DNA of 64,000 bases from Candidatus Pristimantibacillus sp. (GTDB lineage Bacteria > Bacillota > Bacilli > Paenibacillales > Paenibacillaceae). Position numbers and translations under genes: made by a program. The stretch is from assembly GCA_048976605.1 (NCBI GenBank), contig JBHGUX010000031.1, forward strand, positions 19,029 through 83,028. The letters run 5' to 3'. This document shows positions 39,624 to 49,147 of this stretch, piece after piece (the stretch's first letter is position 1; every line of letters starts with the position of its first letter). The notes under the pieces were generated by a model. The model was not told the DNA's origin and ran no database searches. It saw only the letters and a list, made by a program, of their open reading frames with translations.

Positions 39624-42518
39624 TTGAACGATGTTCGGGGATCTAAATGGAGAAAATGGGACTTACATTTCCATACTCCATCTTCATTTGACTATCAAAA
39701 CAAGTCAATTACTAATGTTGAGATAATAGAGATGCTTGAGGCAAAAGAGATTAAAGCTGTTGCAATAACAGATCACCACGTAATGGACGTACACAGAATA
39801 GAAGAACTTCAACGATTGGGGAAAGCAAAAGGAATTACTGTATTTCCAGGTATTGAATTAAGGTCTGAACTCGGTGGAAGTGAATCGATACATTTTATAG
39901 GTATTTTTCCAGAAGATTCAGATGTTATGGATTTATCAGTGAAATTACAGGGCAAGCTTGAAATTACTTCTGCAGATATAAAGAGGAAAGGTGACGATTT
40001 TGTTTATTGTGATTTTAAAGAATCGTCCAAACTAATACATGAACTAGGTGGAATTGTAACAGTACACGCGGGCAAAAAAACAAATGGTACAAATGGTATT
40101 GAAAGTATTCGTAATAATCAAAAATACAAGCAAGCAATAAAGAAAGATTTAGTAGAAGGTGGATATATAGACGTATTCGAGATTGGTCAACTAGACGATG
40201 TGACCGATTACCAAAATATTGTTTTCCCTCACCTAGGTAAAAGCTTTCCTTTAATTATTTGTTCAGATAACCATTTGATAAGAGAGTATCACATAAAAGA
40301 AAGTCTATGGATTAAATCTGATTTAACATACAAAGGCTTGAAACAAGCAATTACAGAGTCCAAAGATAGAATTAAACTAGGAATAAAACCAGAACAAATA
40401 GTAAACTACGAAACAAAAAAAACTAAAATTATAGATTCAATTACTGTTAAAAAAATAGACGATAAATTAACAGATGCTTGGTTTGATAAATGTGAGGTAA
40501 AGTTTAATTCAGGACTTGTTTCCATTATCGGTAACAAAGGAAATGGAAAAAGTGCTTTAGTTGATATACTTGGACTTCTAGGGGGCTGTACACATAATTC
40601 GTTTGAATTCTTAAATGATAAGAAATTTAGGAATTCAAAGCACAATATCTCACAGCACTTCGAAGCGACTTTAAAATGGGCAAGTGAAGATACAGCTACA
40701 AAAAAACTATCCGAAAATGTACTTGATACTGAAGTAGAAAAAGTCAAATACATCCCCCAACAGTATTTGGAAAAATTATGCAATGAAATGAATGTTGCTA
40801 GTGGCAACAGTTTTGATGCCGAAATAAAAAAAGTTATTTTTTCTCATATTAGTATAGAAAATAGACTTGGTTGTGAAACTTTTGACCAATTACTGAATTT
40901 AAAGACTAAAGAGCTGTCTGAGGAAATAAATATTTATAGAAGACAAGTTAGTGAAGTTAATTCATCTATATGTGAAATAGAAATTAAACTTACAAGTAGT
41001 TACCGAGAACAAATAAATGAACAACTAAAAGCAAAGCAAATTGAGTATGATCAACATTTAAGGATAATGCCAGAGGAGGTAGAAAAGCCATTAAGTGATA
41101 ATCAAGCGGATAGCGGTTATATTGAACTGAATAAGGAAGTAAGTTTGTTGAATAACCAAAAGGCTCTTCTTCAGGAAGACAGATATAAAAAAATAGAAGA
41201 AAGAAAGTCTCTTGTTAAGAAACAAGAAGCATTGAAAAGTGCGTTTGGGAAAATTGATAATTTTATGTTGCAATTTGATAAATTATTAAAAGATTTAGGT
41301 GAACATCTAGGGTTATTGGGGATAAATCAAGAACAAGTTATTTCTTTGAAAATAGATAAATTTGCACTTTTGTCAAAACAAGAAGAAATTAATGGGAATC
41401 TTGAAAAGCTTGCTCAATACTTAGATGGAAACTCTGATGGATCATATAATATTGTTTATGGAATGCTTGAAGAAAAATTAAGGCACCTGGACGACAAGCT
41501 TGATAGACCAAATAAACTCTACCAAGAATACTTGGGTAAAATTGAAGAGTGGAGTAAAGTAGAGAAGGAATTAATGGGAGATACATCTACACCAAATTCT
41601 CTAAGCTACATAAGGAACCAACTTAATGACCTTGATTCAGTGTTACCAAATAAACTGGTTGAGGCTAAAAAGTCTAGAAAGTTCCTTTCGAACCAAATAT
41701 TTGATTTGATTCAAAATCTAATATCAACTTATCAAGATCTTTATAATCCTGTTCAAAATGCAATAAGTGTCCATCATTTGATCAGAGAAAAATATCAACT
41801 TAATTTTGAAGTATCAATAGTACTAGGCTCTTTCGTGGAAGATTTTTTTAAAATGGTTGGGAATTCTAGAGGATCCTTTTATGGAGCTGAGGACGGTAAT
41901 AGAAGGTTAAAAGAAATTATTGATAGGTATGAATTTCTTGATTTTGATTCCATCATATCTTTTATCGATGAAGTTATTCTAAACCTAGAGACTGATCAAA
42001 GAGATTCTTCAAAATCTAGCCTTCCTGTTGAGTCGCAGCTTCGAAAAGGATCGACTAAGCAAGAACTTTATGATTTGTTGTTTAATTTGAGCTATTTATC
42101 ACCAATCTATGCTTTAAAGCTTGGAGATAAAGAAATTAACAAACTTTCACCGGGGGAAAAGGGTGCATTGTTATTAATGTTTTATCTCTTGGTTGATCGT
42201 GATGACCGACCTTTAATTATAGATCAGCCTGAGGAAAATCTGGATAATCAGTCTGTTTTTGAACTGTTGGTTCCTTGCATAAAAGAAGCAAAAAATAGAA
42301 GACAAATATTTATTGTTACACATAATCCAAACTTAGCAGTTGTTTGTGATGCGGAACAAGTGATTTATAGTTCTATTGATAAAAAAAATGCAAACAAAGT
42401 AAATTATCTTACAGGGTCAATCGAAAATATTGAGGTTAATAATAAAATTGTAGACATTCTTGAAGGTACATGGCCTGCTTTCGATAATAGAACAAGTAAA
42501 TATATTATGGTGGTATAA
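39624..42518 (+). CDS. PHP phosphoesterase + SMC-like AAA/ABC ATPase fusion (TrlF / Ppl-like defence protein)
   Basis: WRKWDLHFHTP, AITDHH, CSDNH PHP motifs; GNKGNGKS Walker A; long coiled coil; LSPGE signature; IIDQPEENLDN Walker B; VTHNPN. Confidence 0.9.
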   Translation: MNDVRGSKWRKWDLHFHTPSSFDYQNKSITNVEIIEMLEAKEIKAVAITDHHVMDVHRIEELQRLGKAKGITVFPGIELRSELGGSESIHFIGIFPEDSDVMDLSVKLQGKLEITSADIKRKGDDFVYCDFKESSKLIHELGGIVTVHAGKKTNGTNGIESIRNNQKYKQAIKKDLVEGGYIDVFEIGQLDDVTDYQNIVFPHLGKSFPLIICSDNHLIREYHIKESLWIKSDLTYKGLKQAITESKDRIKLGIKPEQIVNYETKKTKIIDSITVKKIDDKLTDAWFDKCEVKFNSGLVSIIGNKGNGKSALVDILGLLGGCTHNSFEFLNDKKFRNSKHNISQHFEATLKWASEDTATKKLSENVLDTEVEKVKYIPQQYLEKLCNEMNVASGNSFDAEIKKVIFSHISIENRLGCETFDQLLNLKTKELSEEINIYRRQVSEVNSSICEIEIKLTSSYREQINEQLKAKQIEYDQHLRIMPEEVEKPLSDNQADSGYIELNKEVSLLNNQKALLQEDRYKKIEERKSLVKKQEALKSAFGKIDNFMLQFDKLLKDLGEHLGLLGINQEQVISLKIDKFALLSKQEEINGNLEKLAQYLDGNSDGSYNIVYGMLEEKLRHLDDKLDRPNKLYQEYLGKIEEWSKVEKELMGDTSTPNSLSYIRNQLNDLDSVLPNKLVEAKKSRKFLSNQIFDLIQNLISTYQDLYNPVQNAISVHHLIREKYQLNFEVSIVLGSFVEDFFKMVGNSRGSFYGAEDGNRRLKEIIDRYEFLDFDSIISFIDEVILNLETDQRDSSKSSLPVESQLRKGSTKQELYDLLFNLSYLSPIYALKLGDKEINKLSPGEKGALLLMFYLLVDRDDRPLIIDQPEENLDNQSVFELLVPCIKEAKNRRQIFIVTHNPNLAVVCDAEQVIYSSIDKKNANKVNYLTGSIENIEVNNKIVDILEGTWPAFDNRTSKYIMVV

Positions 42519-42876
42519 AGAAAAAAATTTATATAACTTGTTATTCATGCCCCTCTCAAGTTTACCTCAAGAATAATATTGGGAGGGGATTTTGTTGCGG
42601 TGGTATCCCTTATTAGTTGAAATTATCTTTTGCGGATAATTGAACATCTTTTTTAACCTTAAGTAGATTGTTATCCAACATGCGAAAAGTGCTGATCCCC
42701 ATGATATCTCAAAAAGTACCCATATTTACTGCAACACGTATATAACCCAGTAAATTGGTTTCCTTAGATCACAATAAGCTTTTGATAAAGCTAATAGTTT
42801 TACGTGGTTATGACGAGGTTTTGTGAATGAATCATGCAATTATTAAGACTGATATTGTTAATTATAGGGTGGAATA

Positions 42877-43725
42877 ATGTCGGATATTCATTATAGAACA
42901 AAAGAATTCTATAGATTGATTCAAATTGGAAAAAGTATATCAAAACAAAATAGAATACAAATTAATACTTCATCAATGCGGTCATTTTTCTCAGAAACTA
43001 TTTATGAAAAATCATTGTTAAATGCAAATAGTATCATTAATTTAATTCCGAATTTAAAAATGGATAATCTTAAAGAGGCACAAAAATACTTGGACATCAG
43101 TTCAATAGCGAGTTTAGCTAGAAACTTAATTGAAATTCATAATGTTTATAACTACATGTGTGAACGTGGGATTTCAGATGATGAATTTGATTTCAGGTTC
43201 TATCTGTTTTCTTATCACCAAAATTTCTCGTCAGACAGAATTATTTCAACGCTTGGTATTCCAAAGTCTTCAGGTTATTTGGCGGGTTATGGATTACTTT
43301 ACAGTGAAGGCATGCTCACTAACAATAATGTCTTTTTGTACCTTAGTGATGGCTTAAAAAAGGAAATAATTAAAGGTAAGAAACCGTTTTTATTTGATAG
43401 AATACTGAAGAGATACTCTCCAATTAATAAAGAGATTGAATCTGGAATCTACAATTTACTATCTAACAGTGTTCATACCCTACCTATTGGATTATTTAAT
43501 AATTCTGCTTATCCTGGGGATTCACATCTTGATAGGAGTAATCTAGCGTTTATTGCTTTAGAAACTTCGATATTATTTTTCTCAACAATACTTTTGGAAT
43601 ATGTAAAACGAAGAAATAAGCTATCTAAAATGTTAACCTCAGAAGATTTACTATTCATTAATGAAATGACTATAAGTGATAATTTATTGAACTGGATAGA
43701 GCGTCGAGGTGCAGTAGAATATTAA
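42877..43725 (+). CDS. DUF5677-like (HEPN-related) helical protein
   Basis: ASLARNLIE and YNLLSNSVH motifs typical of this family; AT-rich. Confidence 0.6.
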   Translation: MSDIHYRTKEFYRLIQIGKSISKQNRIQINTSSMRSFFSETIYEKSLLNANSIINLIPNLKMDNLKEAQKYLDISSIASLARNLIEIHNVYNYMCERGISDDEFDFRFYLFSYHQNFSSDRIISTLGIPKSSGYLAGYGLLYSEGMLTNNNVFLYLSDGLKKEIIKGKKPFLFDRILKRYSPINKEIESGIYNLLSNSVHTLPIGLFNNSAYPGDSHLDRSNLAFIALETSILFFSTILLEYVKRRNKLSKMLTSEDLLFINEMTISDNLLNWIERRGAVEY

Positions 43726-43891
43726 ATTGTATAATTCAAATTTGCAGTATTCACAAAAGTTTTTTTATGATCGTACTCCTTAAGAAATCTCGTCAAACTA
43801 ATGAATAATGTCATTTATTCCTCGGCAAGATGGCTGACTGTATCACTTCGTTTCAATAATTTACATATTCCAGTGAGAAAAGGGGGGTGGA

Positions 43892-45130
43892 ATGATGGAA
43901 GATAAGCCTCATTGGCTGTTAAGGATGGAAAATGGGGGATTAGCTGAAGCTAGAACAAAAGCATTTTTAATGGATAGATTTTGGATATTAGAACGCTCCG
44001 TAGATATTCAAGGTGCGGATTTTATTATTCAAAGACGTCTCACTTCTCAGAATATATTAGATGTAACTCCTCCAAGATTTGGAGTTATTCAAGTTAAATT
44101 TTATCAAAATACAAACACTTCTCACTACTTACACGAAGAATATATTTGTGACACTGACGGACAGCCCCGTAATGAATTTTTCTTAGTTGTACATACAGGG
44201 GTTGGTGACCACTCTGAATGCTTTCTTTTGTCATCAAAAGATATTTTATCAGGTTTTTCAATTGTGGATAGTTCAAAAACGCAGGGGAATAAATATTATT
44301 TGCCCGGAAGACATGTTTTAAACAATAAATATAAAATAACTTCGTTTTCTCGTGCCTTAGATAGAATTGAACGCGCATTGCTACTTTCTAACTTTCAAAG
44401 AAATCGTAGTTTTATGTCATGGATTCTACAATCTTTTTCAGAAATCTCTATTGAACATATTGAAAATGAGTATACACTACCGCTAGAAAACTGGTATGCA
44501 GATATTCCTCAAGGAATTTTTGAGCTTAAGAAGAACATTGAAATGATTACATATGATTTAAATGAACTAAACACTTCTTTTAATACTGTTCTAAATGAAA
44601 CAGACCCATTAAAAATACTTGGTATTTTAGAGAGAGTCTATTCAAATTTCGCTCAGACTTTTCCTTTGGGAGATATTTATTATGATAGTGAACTTCATAA
44701 TGCAGTTTTGTATCATAAAAATATATTTGATAGTTTGAGAACTGACGGGTTATTAGAAAACTTCTTGGATCTTCAAAGCGCTCTAGGAGACTTTATTTGT
44801 AGAGATTTAGCTCTCAACATAAAGCCTGATTCAAATTTTTCCTATGTGATTAATGTGTCGTATAATAAGTCCGACCTTTCTAACTTTAGCTTTCATTCTA
44901 AAATAGTGCCATTCGGGGATATATCAGAAGATAAAAAGAGAGTAATGGGTTTTTTAAGTATTTCACCAGGAAATATCGAGGCTTATATTATTCCAGGTAG
45001 ACTAGGATTTGGGACATTCAAAAATGGAGGATATTCAGAAGAAGATATTACAGATTGGCATGAAGCTATTAATAATAAACTATGGCTAATTCGTAGACCC
45101 ATTATGGAAAAAATATATGAGGTAAGTTAA
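43892..45130 (+). CDS. Hypothetical protein with N-terminal PD-(D/E)xK (DUF4365-like) nuclease domain
   Basis: GGLAE...RSVDIQGADFIIQ...FGVIQVKF matches an E..D-x-G-x-D..QVK restriction-like core; C-terminal ~250 aa unrecognised. Confidence 0.6.
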   Translation: MMEDKPHWLLRMENGGLAEARTKAFLMDRFWILERSVDIQGADFIIQRRLTSQNILDVTPPRFGVIQVKFYQNTNTSHYLHEEYICDTDGQPRNEFFLVVHTGVGDHSECFLLSSKDILSGFSIVDSSKTQGNKYYLPGRHVLNNKYKITSFSRALDRIERALLLSNFQRNRSFMSWILQSFSEISIEHIENEYTLPLENWYADIPQGIFELKKNIEMITYDLNELNTSFNTVLNETDPLKILGILERVYSNFAQTFPLGDIYYDSELHNAVLYHKNIFDSLRTDGLLENFLDLQSALGDFICRDLALNIKPDSNFSYVINVSYNKSDLSNFSFHSKIVPFGDISEDKKRVMGFLSISPGNIEAYIIPGRLGFGTFKNGGYSEEDITDWHEAINNKLWLIRRPIMEKIYEVS

Positions 45131-45280
45131 TAATATTCAAAGAGTAAAAGATGTACAGCTGATGAAGTTGGTAACCCAAACATACTTATTAAGAATAATA
45201 TTTAATAGGGCTATCTCACCTCTATATAGTGTGCCTACATGTGTACGTTTTTTCTATCAATCTAATTTAAGTTCTTTTAA

Positions 45281-45630
45281 AGCCTATTCAATATAGTCAT
45301 CACTCGTCATAGCAAAATCTATTTCTGGAATGTCAAATCAGACTATGACGAAGGTAAAATCAAATTTCATATTCTATCTGAAGACAAAAAATTCAATGTC
45401 ACTTTATTTTAGTTGTGGGAAAAGAGTTTGAGGGATATGTAGAAAATCGCGTAGGTTACATACGAGTCCAAACACCACTTTGGGACGACCTTTCTGCTAC
45501 GCCGGGCCTAATAGGTGAAATAATTGACTGGTGTTATACCAAAAAGGAACAGATCACATTGGTAGATTGGATGGGAGCAGTGCCCAGTAGTAATCAAACT
45601 TCAACTGATATAAATGAAGTACACCCATAG
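45281..45630 (+). pseudogene. Frameshifted hypothetical gene remnant
   Basis: TRHSKIYFWNVKSDYDEGKIKFHILSEDKKFNVTLF in one frame continues as LVVGKEFEGY...WDDLSATPGLIGEIIDWC in another; break at the T-run near 45405. Confidence 0.45.
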
Positions 45631-45685
45631 AATATTATCGGTAATAACCTCATGGTTAGCCGATGAAACTCTATGGGTGTATTTT

Positions 45686-46246
45686 TTATCCAGATATAAC
45701 AGAACTGTGAAACATCTTCTCAAAAATACTAAAACCATCTTTTTCACCCATATAAGTATATCCGCATCCCTTGTAAAAGCGGTCAAGTGCTTCATTATTC
45801 GCAATACAATCCAGCCTAATGCTATCTATCCCTGAGAACCGGATACCTTTCTCAATCCATTTCAACATATCACTACCAAGTCCATTGCCAGCGCATTGAC
45901 GATTAATGACTAAGCGATGTAGATACAGTGCTGTCCCCGGATTAGATTCTTCCAACCCCCATAAATTGCGATCCCAATCACTTGGCTGTTGGAGGATGAG
46001 TGAACCTGCCAAATCCTCACTCTCTATTTGTCTAAACATAATGACGTCTCCACGAGAGATAGCGCCAGCAAGATCATGGCTATCTTCCCCTCGGAGCAAA
46101 CCGCCCCACTGAGATGATCCTTTACTGTGCAGCCATCTAGCTGTCTGCATAACTAACTCATGAATCTGTTCATGATTATCGGAACCTGCGTGAAAAGCAG
46201 ATACTTCAGCATTGACGGAAGGATGTACAATTTCAAAATTTGTCAT
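45686..46246 (-). CDS. GNAT acetyltransferase
   Basis: LYLHRLVINRQCAGNGLG, IRLDC, LDRFYKGCGY. Confidence 0.9.
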   Translation of the reverse strand: MTNFEIVHPSVNAEVSAFHAGSDNHEQIHELVMQTARWLHSKGSSQWGGLLRGEDSHDLAGAISRGDVIMFRQIESEDLAGSLILQQPSDWDRNLWGLEESNPGTALYLHRLVINRQCAGNGLGSDMLKWIEKGIRFSGIDSIRLDCIANNEALDRFYKGCGYTYMGEKDGFSIFEKMFHSSVISG

Positions 46247-46326
46247 ATCTACACCTCGGATATCTCAAAATAGGAACTAAAAATCCTCGGACCCCACATG
46301 ACGTGGGGCTGCCGAGGATTATTATT

Positions 46327-48249
46327 TTACTTCATGCGGAGCATCGCTGTCCACAGATCGGAGCTCTCATAACCGAGCCGCCAAGCGGCTATACCGGCGA
46401 GGTCGTATTTCTTAGCTAGATTGATTCTAGCTTGTACTGTAGAAGTAGTCTCAGCCCAGAATAAATAGGTAGAGCCATCTTTTACATACTTATACTTCGT
46501 TTGTCCCGATACAGGATCAGCAGTACCAACCGCGTTGGTATCTTTGATTAGCTGTGGTACTTCCTTCATGTAGACAGCACGGTTGCTAATGACTTTGCCT
46601 TTACTATCTACTTTCCATTCTCTTACGTAAAAAGGAATACCGAGCATTAGCTTATTGCGCGGAATGCCGTAGGATAGAAATTGTTCGATTCCTTCTTCGA
46701 CCCATTTCAGTCCAGCGACGGAACCTGGTGTTGTGCTTCCGCTCCAATGCTCGTCATAAGCCATAATGATAACGGTATCTACGATGGAACCAAGAACAGC
46801 GTGATCATAAGCCGTTTTATCATTCCAGCTGACACTGCCGCGCGGCAGGTCGATGGATAGCTTCATACCTTTAGCATGCACAGCATTTGTAAGTGCAGTG
46901 ACAAATGCTGTGTATTTGGAACGATCAGCCCCTGCAACTTCCTCAAAATCGAGATTAACGCCATAAGCGCCAATTGCAACAAGCTTATCCACCAAAGTAG
47001 TAATAAATTTCTTAGTAGCTTTCGAATCAGCTAGAAATTTACTAGTCATTTGACGATCGAATTGATTGTTAACGAGCGGCATGACAAGAATATTTTGTTC
47101 CTTCAACGTTGTCACGACTTCGGCATTAGATGTATCTTTTATCGAACCATCCGCCGCACTAAGTTCGAACCAGGTAGGGGAATCAATGGACAACCCTTGC
47201 GTATTCGCAACATGGCTTAGAATCGTCGAGCTACTGGATGAACCATTCCATCCAAGATAGACTAGACTTTTCTGATTATTCCACAGCTTACGTCCTTCCG
47301 AAGTCTGAACAGAACTATTGGAATATTTTTTCGCATACTTTAACGCCGATGTGAGGGAGTGGAATGTGGCCAATTTTTTATCTTTTTGATAAACAGATAA
47401 ATAGGCGATATTCGTCCACCAAACCGCATCATTATAGATGATTTCAGAATTCGTATAATATTTGGCGTACTGGATCGCTTTCGTCATCGATATAAAGCTT
47501 TTAATTTCTTTCCCATTTTGAAGGACTGTATAAGCTGGAATATTAGAATGGGCAATAGCGGACGTTTTACTGTTAAGAACAGCACTGTTAGCGACGGATG
47601 CAGCAGCTTTCACTGCGTCGTATAGGAATGAATAGGTTTTCGTTCCTTCCGCTTGAACGCCATCAACCATGATTTGATAGACCGCTTGACCTTCACGTTG
47701 CTTTTTCTTCTCAGCAGCAGATAGATTATCCCAAAGCCACTGATTCGAAGAGAGCTCAATAATATGAGAATTCGTCCACTTCTTTGCTTCTTTTTTTGCA
47801 GCCTCGAGCGTTGTATATCCCCATTTAGTCATCGTTTTATCGCCTTGATACAACTGATACTTGGCATACGATTCATAAATCCAGCCCGGCTTCTCTAAAT
47901 CCCGAATATGTACGTTATTCAGTTTTTTAGCAGCTGCTAATGCTTGCTCATAAGAGCGATATTCCCATTTGGGATTGGACACGCTTCCTTGATAAATCTT
48001 ATACCGCGGAAAGTTGTCCCATAACCAAGTGCGACCTGTAATGGATTCTACATGGCTGTATTCGAAATTTTTCGCATAGTTTACAGCCTGCTGCTGTGTC
48101 GCAAATTCTCGCAGCGCCTTATCATTTTGATAGACTCGATACTTCGTCATTGCATTTGAACCTGTTCCAGCCGCCATACTAACTGCTGAAGTACTTAATG
48201 TTTGGCAAGCAAACAACAGCAGAATAGCGATTGTTAGTTTTTTTAGCAT
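46327..48249 (-). CDS. Secreted GH18 glycoside hydrolase (spore YdhD/YaaH-like catalytic domain) with six N-terminal repeats
   Basis: GVNLDFEE, IMAYDEHW, KLMLGIPFY, GIAAWRLG; start ATG 48249 (MLKKLTIAILLL signal peptide). Confidence 0.9.
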   Translation of the reverse strand: MLKKLTIAILLLFACQTLSTSAVSMAAGTGSNAMTKYRVYQNDKALREFATQQQAVNYAKNFEYSHVESITGRTWLWDNFPRYKIYQGSVSNPKWEYRSYEQALAAAKKLNNVHIRDLEKPGWIYESYAKYQLYQGDKTMTKWGYTTLEAAKKEAKKWTNSHIIELSSNQWLWDNLSAAEKKKQREGQAVYQIMVDGVQAEGTKTYSFLYDAVKAAASVANSAVLNSKTSAIAHSNIPAYTVLQNGKEIKSFISMTKAIQYAKYYTNSEIIYNDAVWWTNIAYLSVYQKDKKLATFHSLTSALKYAKKYSNSSVQTSEGRKLWNNQKSLVYLGWNGSSSSSTILSHVANTQGLSIDSPTWFELSAADGSIKDTSNAEVVTTLKEQNILVMPLVNNQFDRQMTSKFLADSKATKKFITTLVDKLVAIGAYGVNLDFEEVAGADRSKYTAFVTALTNAVHAKGMKLSIDLPRGSVSWNDKTAYDHAVLGSIVDTVIIMAYDEHWSGSTTPGSVAGLKWVEEGIEQFLSYGIPRNKLMLGIPFYVREWKVDSKGKVISNRAVYMKEVPQLIKDTNAVGTADPVSGQTKYKYVKDGSTYLFWAETTSTVQARINLAKKYDLAGIAAWRLGYESSDLWTAMLRMK

Positions 48250-48454
48250 AGCTCTTTCTGTCACTCTCCTCTCATTATCTATTATAGACGCACTAGAGTC
48301 ATAGAGGTTGCTGAAAAATAGATTTGCCATGTGCAAATATTACCAATCGATATAAATAACCGGATGGATAAAAAAAGTGGAAAACAATAACAATAAGACA
48401 AAGTGAATGTGTGTAGGTATGCACATTGAAGATAAAGGATTAGGGAGGTGGGAC

Positions 48455-49147
48455 ATGGAACGGCTCCAGAAGAAGGAATGGCTCGATGAGGAAGATGTCG
48501 AGTTAGCCGAGTTGGAACATAGCTTGGGTGAAGTATGGAACGTCAATCGTTATTTAGGCGGTAACCCGGCGTTATTCTCACACTTGAACAAGCTGGTAAG
48601 AAGAATGGGAGCAGTAGACTGCATAAAAGTTCTCGACGTAGCAACCGGTCTTGCTGACATTCCGCTCGCATTGCTTAGTTGGTGCGAGAAGAGAGGCATT
48701 AAAGTGACAATTGTGGGTGTTGATACTCATTCGAAAATAGTTGAGTTAGCGATGAAAAATACATCGAATCATTCAGCGATACAAGTGTTGAAGGCTGATG
48801 GGACACAGTTGCCATTCGATAACAATAGCTTTGATATTGTGTTCAGCAATCTTGCTCTGCATCACATGGATGAAGATGCTGCTGTGAAGCTAGTGTCCGA
48901 GATGGACCGGGTGTCTCGTGCTGGCTGGGTAATCACGGATCTGGAACGGCATAAATATGCTTATTTGGCTGCTAAGCTGCTAGCCAAATTCGTATGGCGA
49001 AGTCCTGTAACCAAGCATGATGGCCCGCTTTCTGTTCAACGTTCATTCACTGCGAGTGAAGCTCGGAGCTTAGTGGAGCGGGCAGGGGTACAAGCTTCGG
49101 TGCATCGACATTTCCCATTTCGGCTCGCATTAGTGCGCTATGTATGA
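48455..49147 (+). CDS. SAM-dependent methyltransferase of the type found beside type III PKS genes
   Basis: VLDVATGLAD SAM motif, VFSNLALHH, ITDLERH, HDGPLSVQRSFT; GGAGGT RBS before ATG 48455. Confidence 0.9.
   Translation: MERLQKKEWLDEEDVELAELEHSLGEVWNVNRYLGGNPALFSHLNKLVRRMGAVDCIKVLDVATGLADIPLALLSWCEKRGIKVTIVGVDTHSKIVELAMKNTSNHSAIQVLKADGTQLPFDNNSFDIVFSNLALHHMDEDAAVKLVSEMDRVSRAGWVITDLERHKYAYLAAKLLAKFVWRSPVTKHDGPLSVQRSFTASEARSLVERAGVQASVHRHFPFRLALVRYV

Noticed and set aside
42680-42740. Possible IS21-like terminal remnant (...CAAAAAGTACCCATATTT...)
   Set aside because: Resemblance too weak, with no partner end and no transposase
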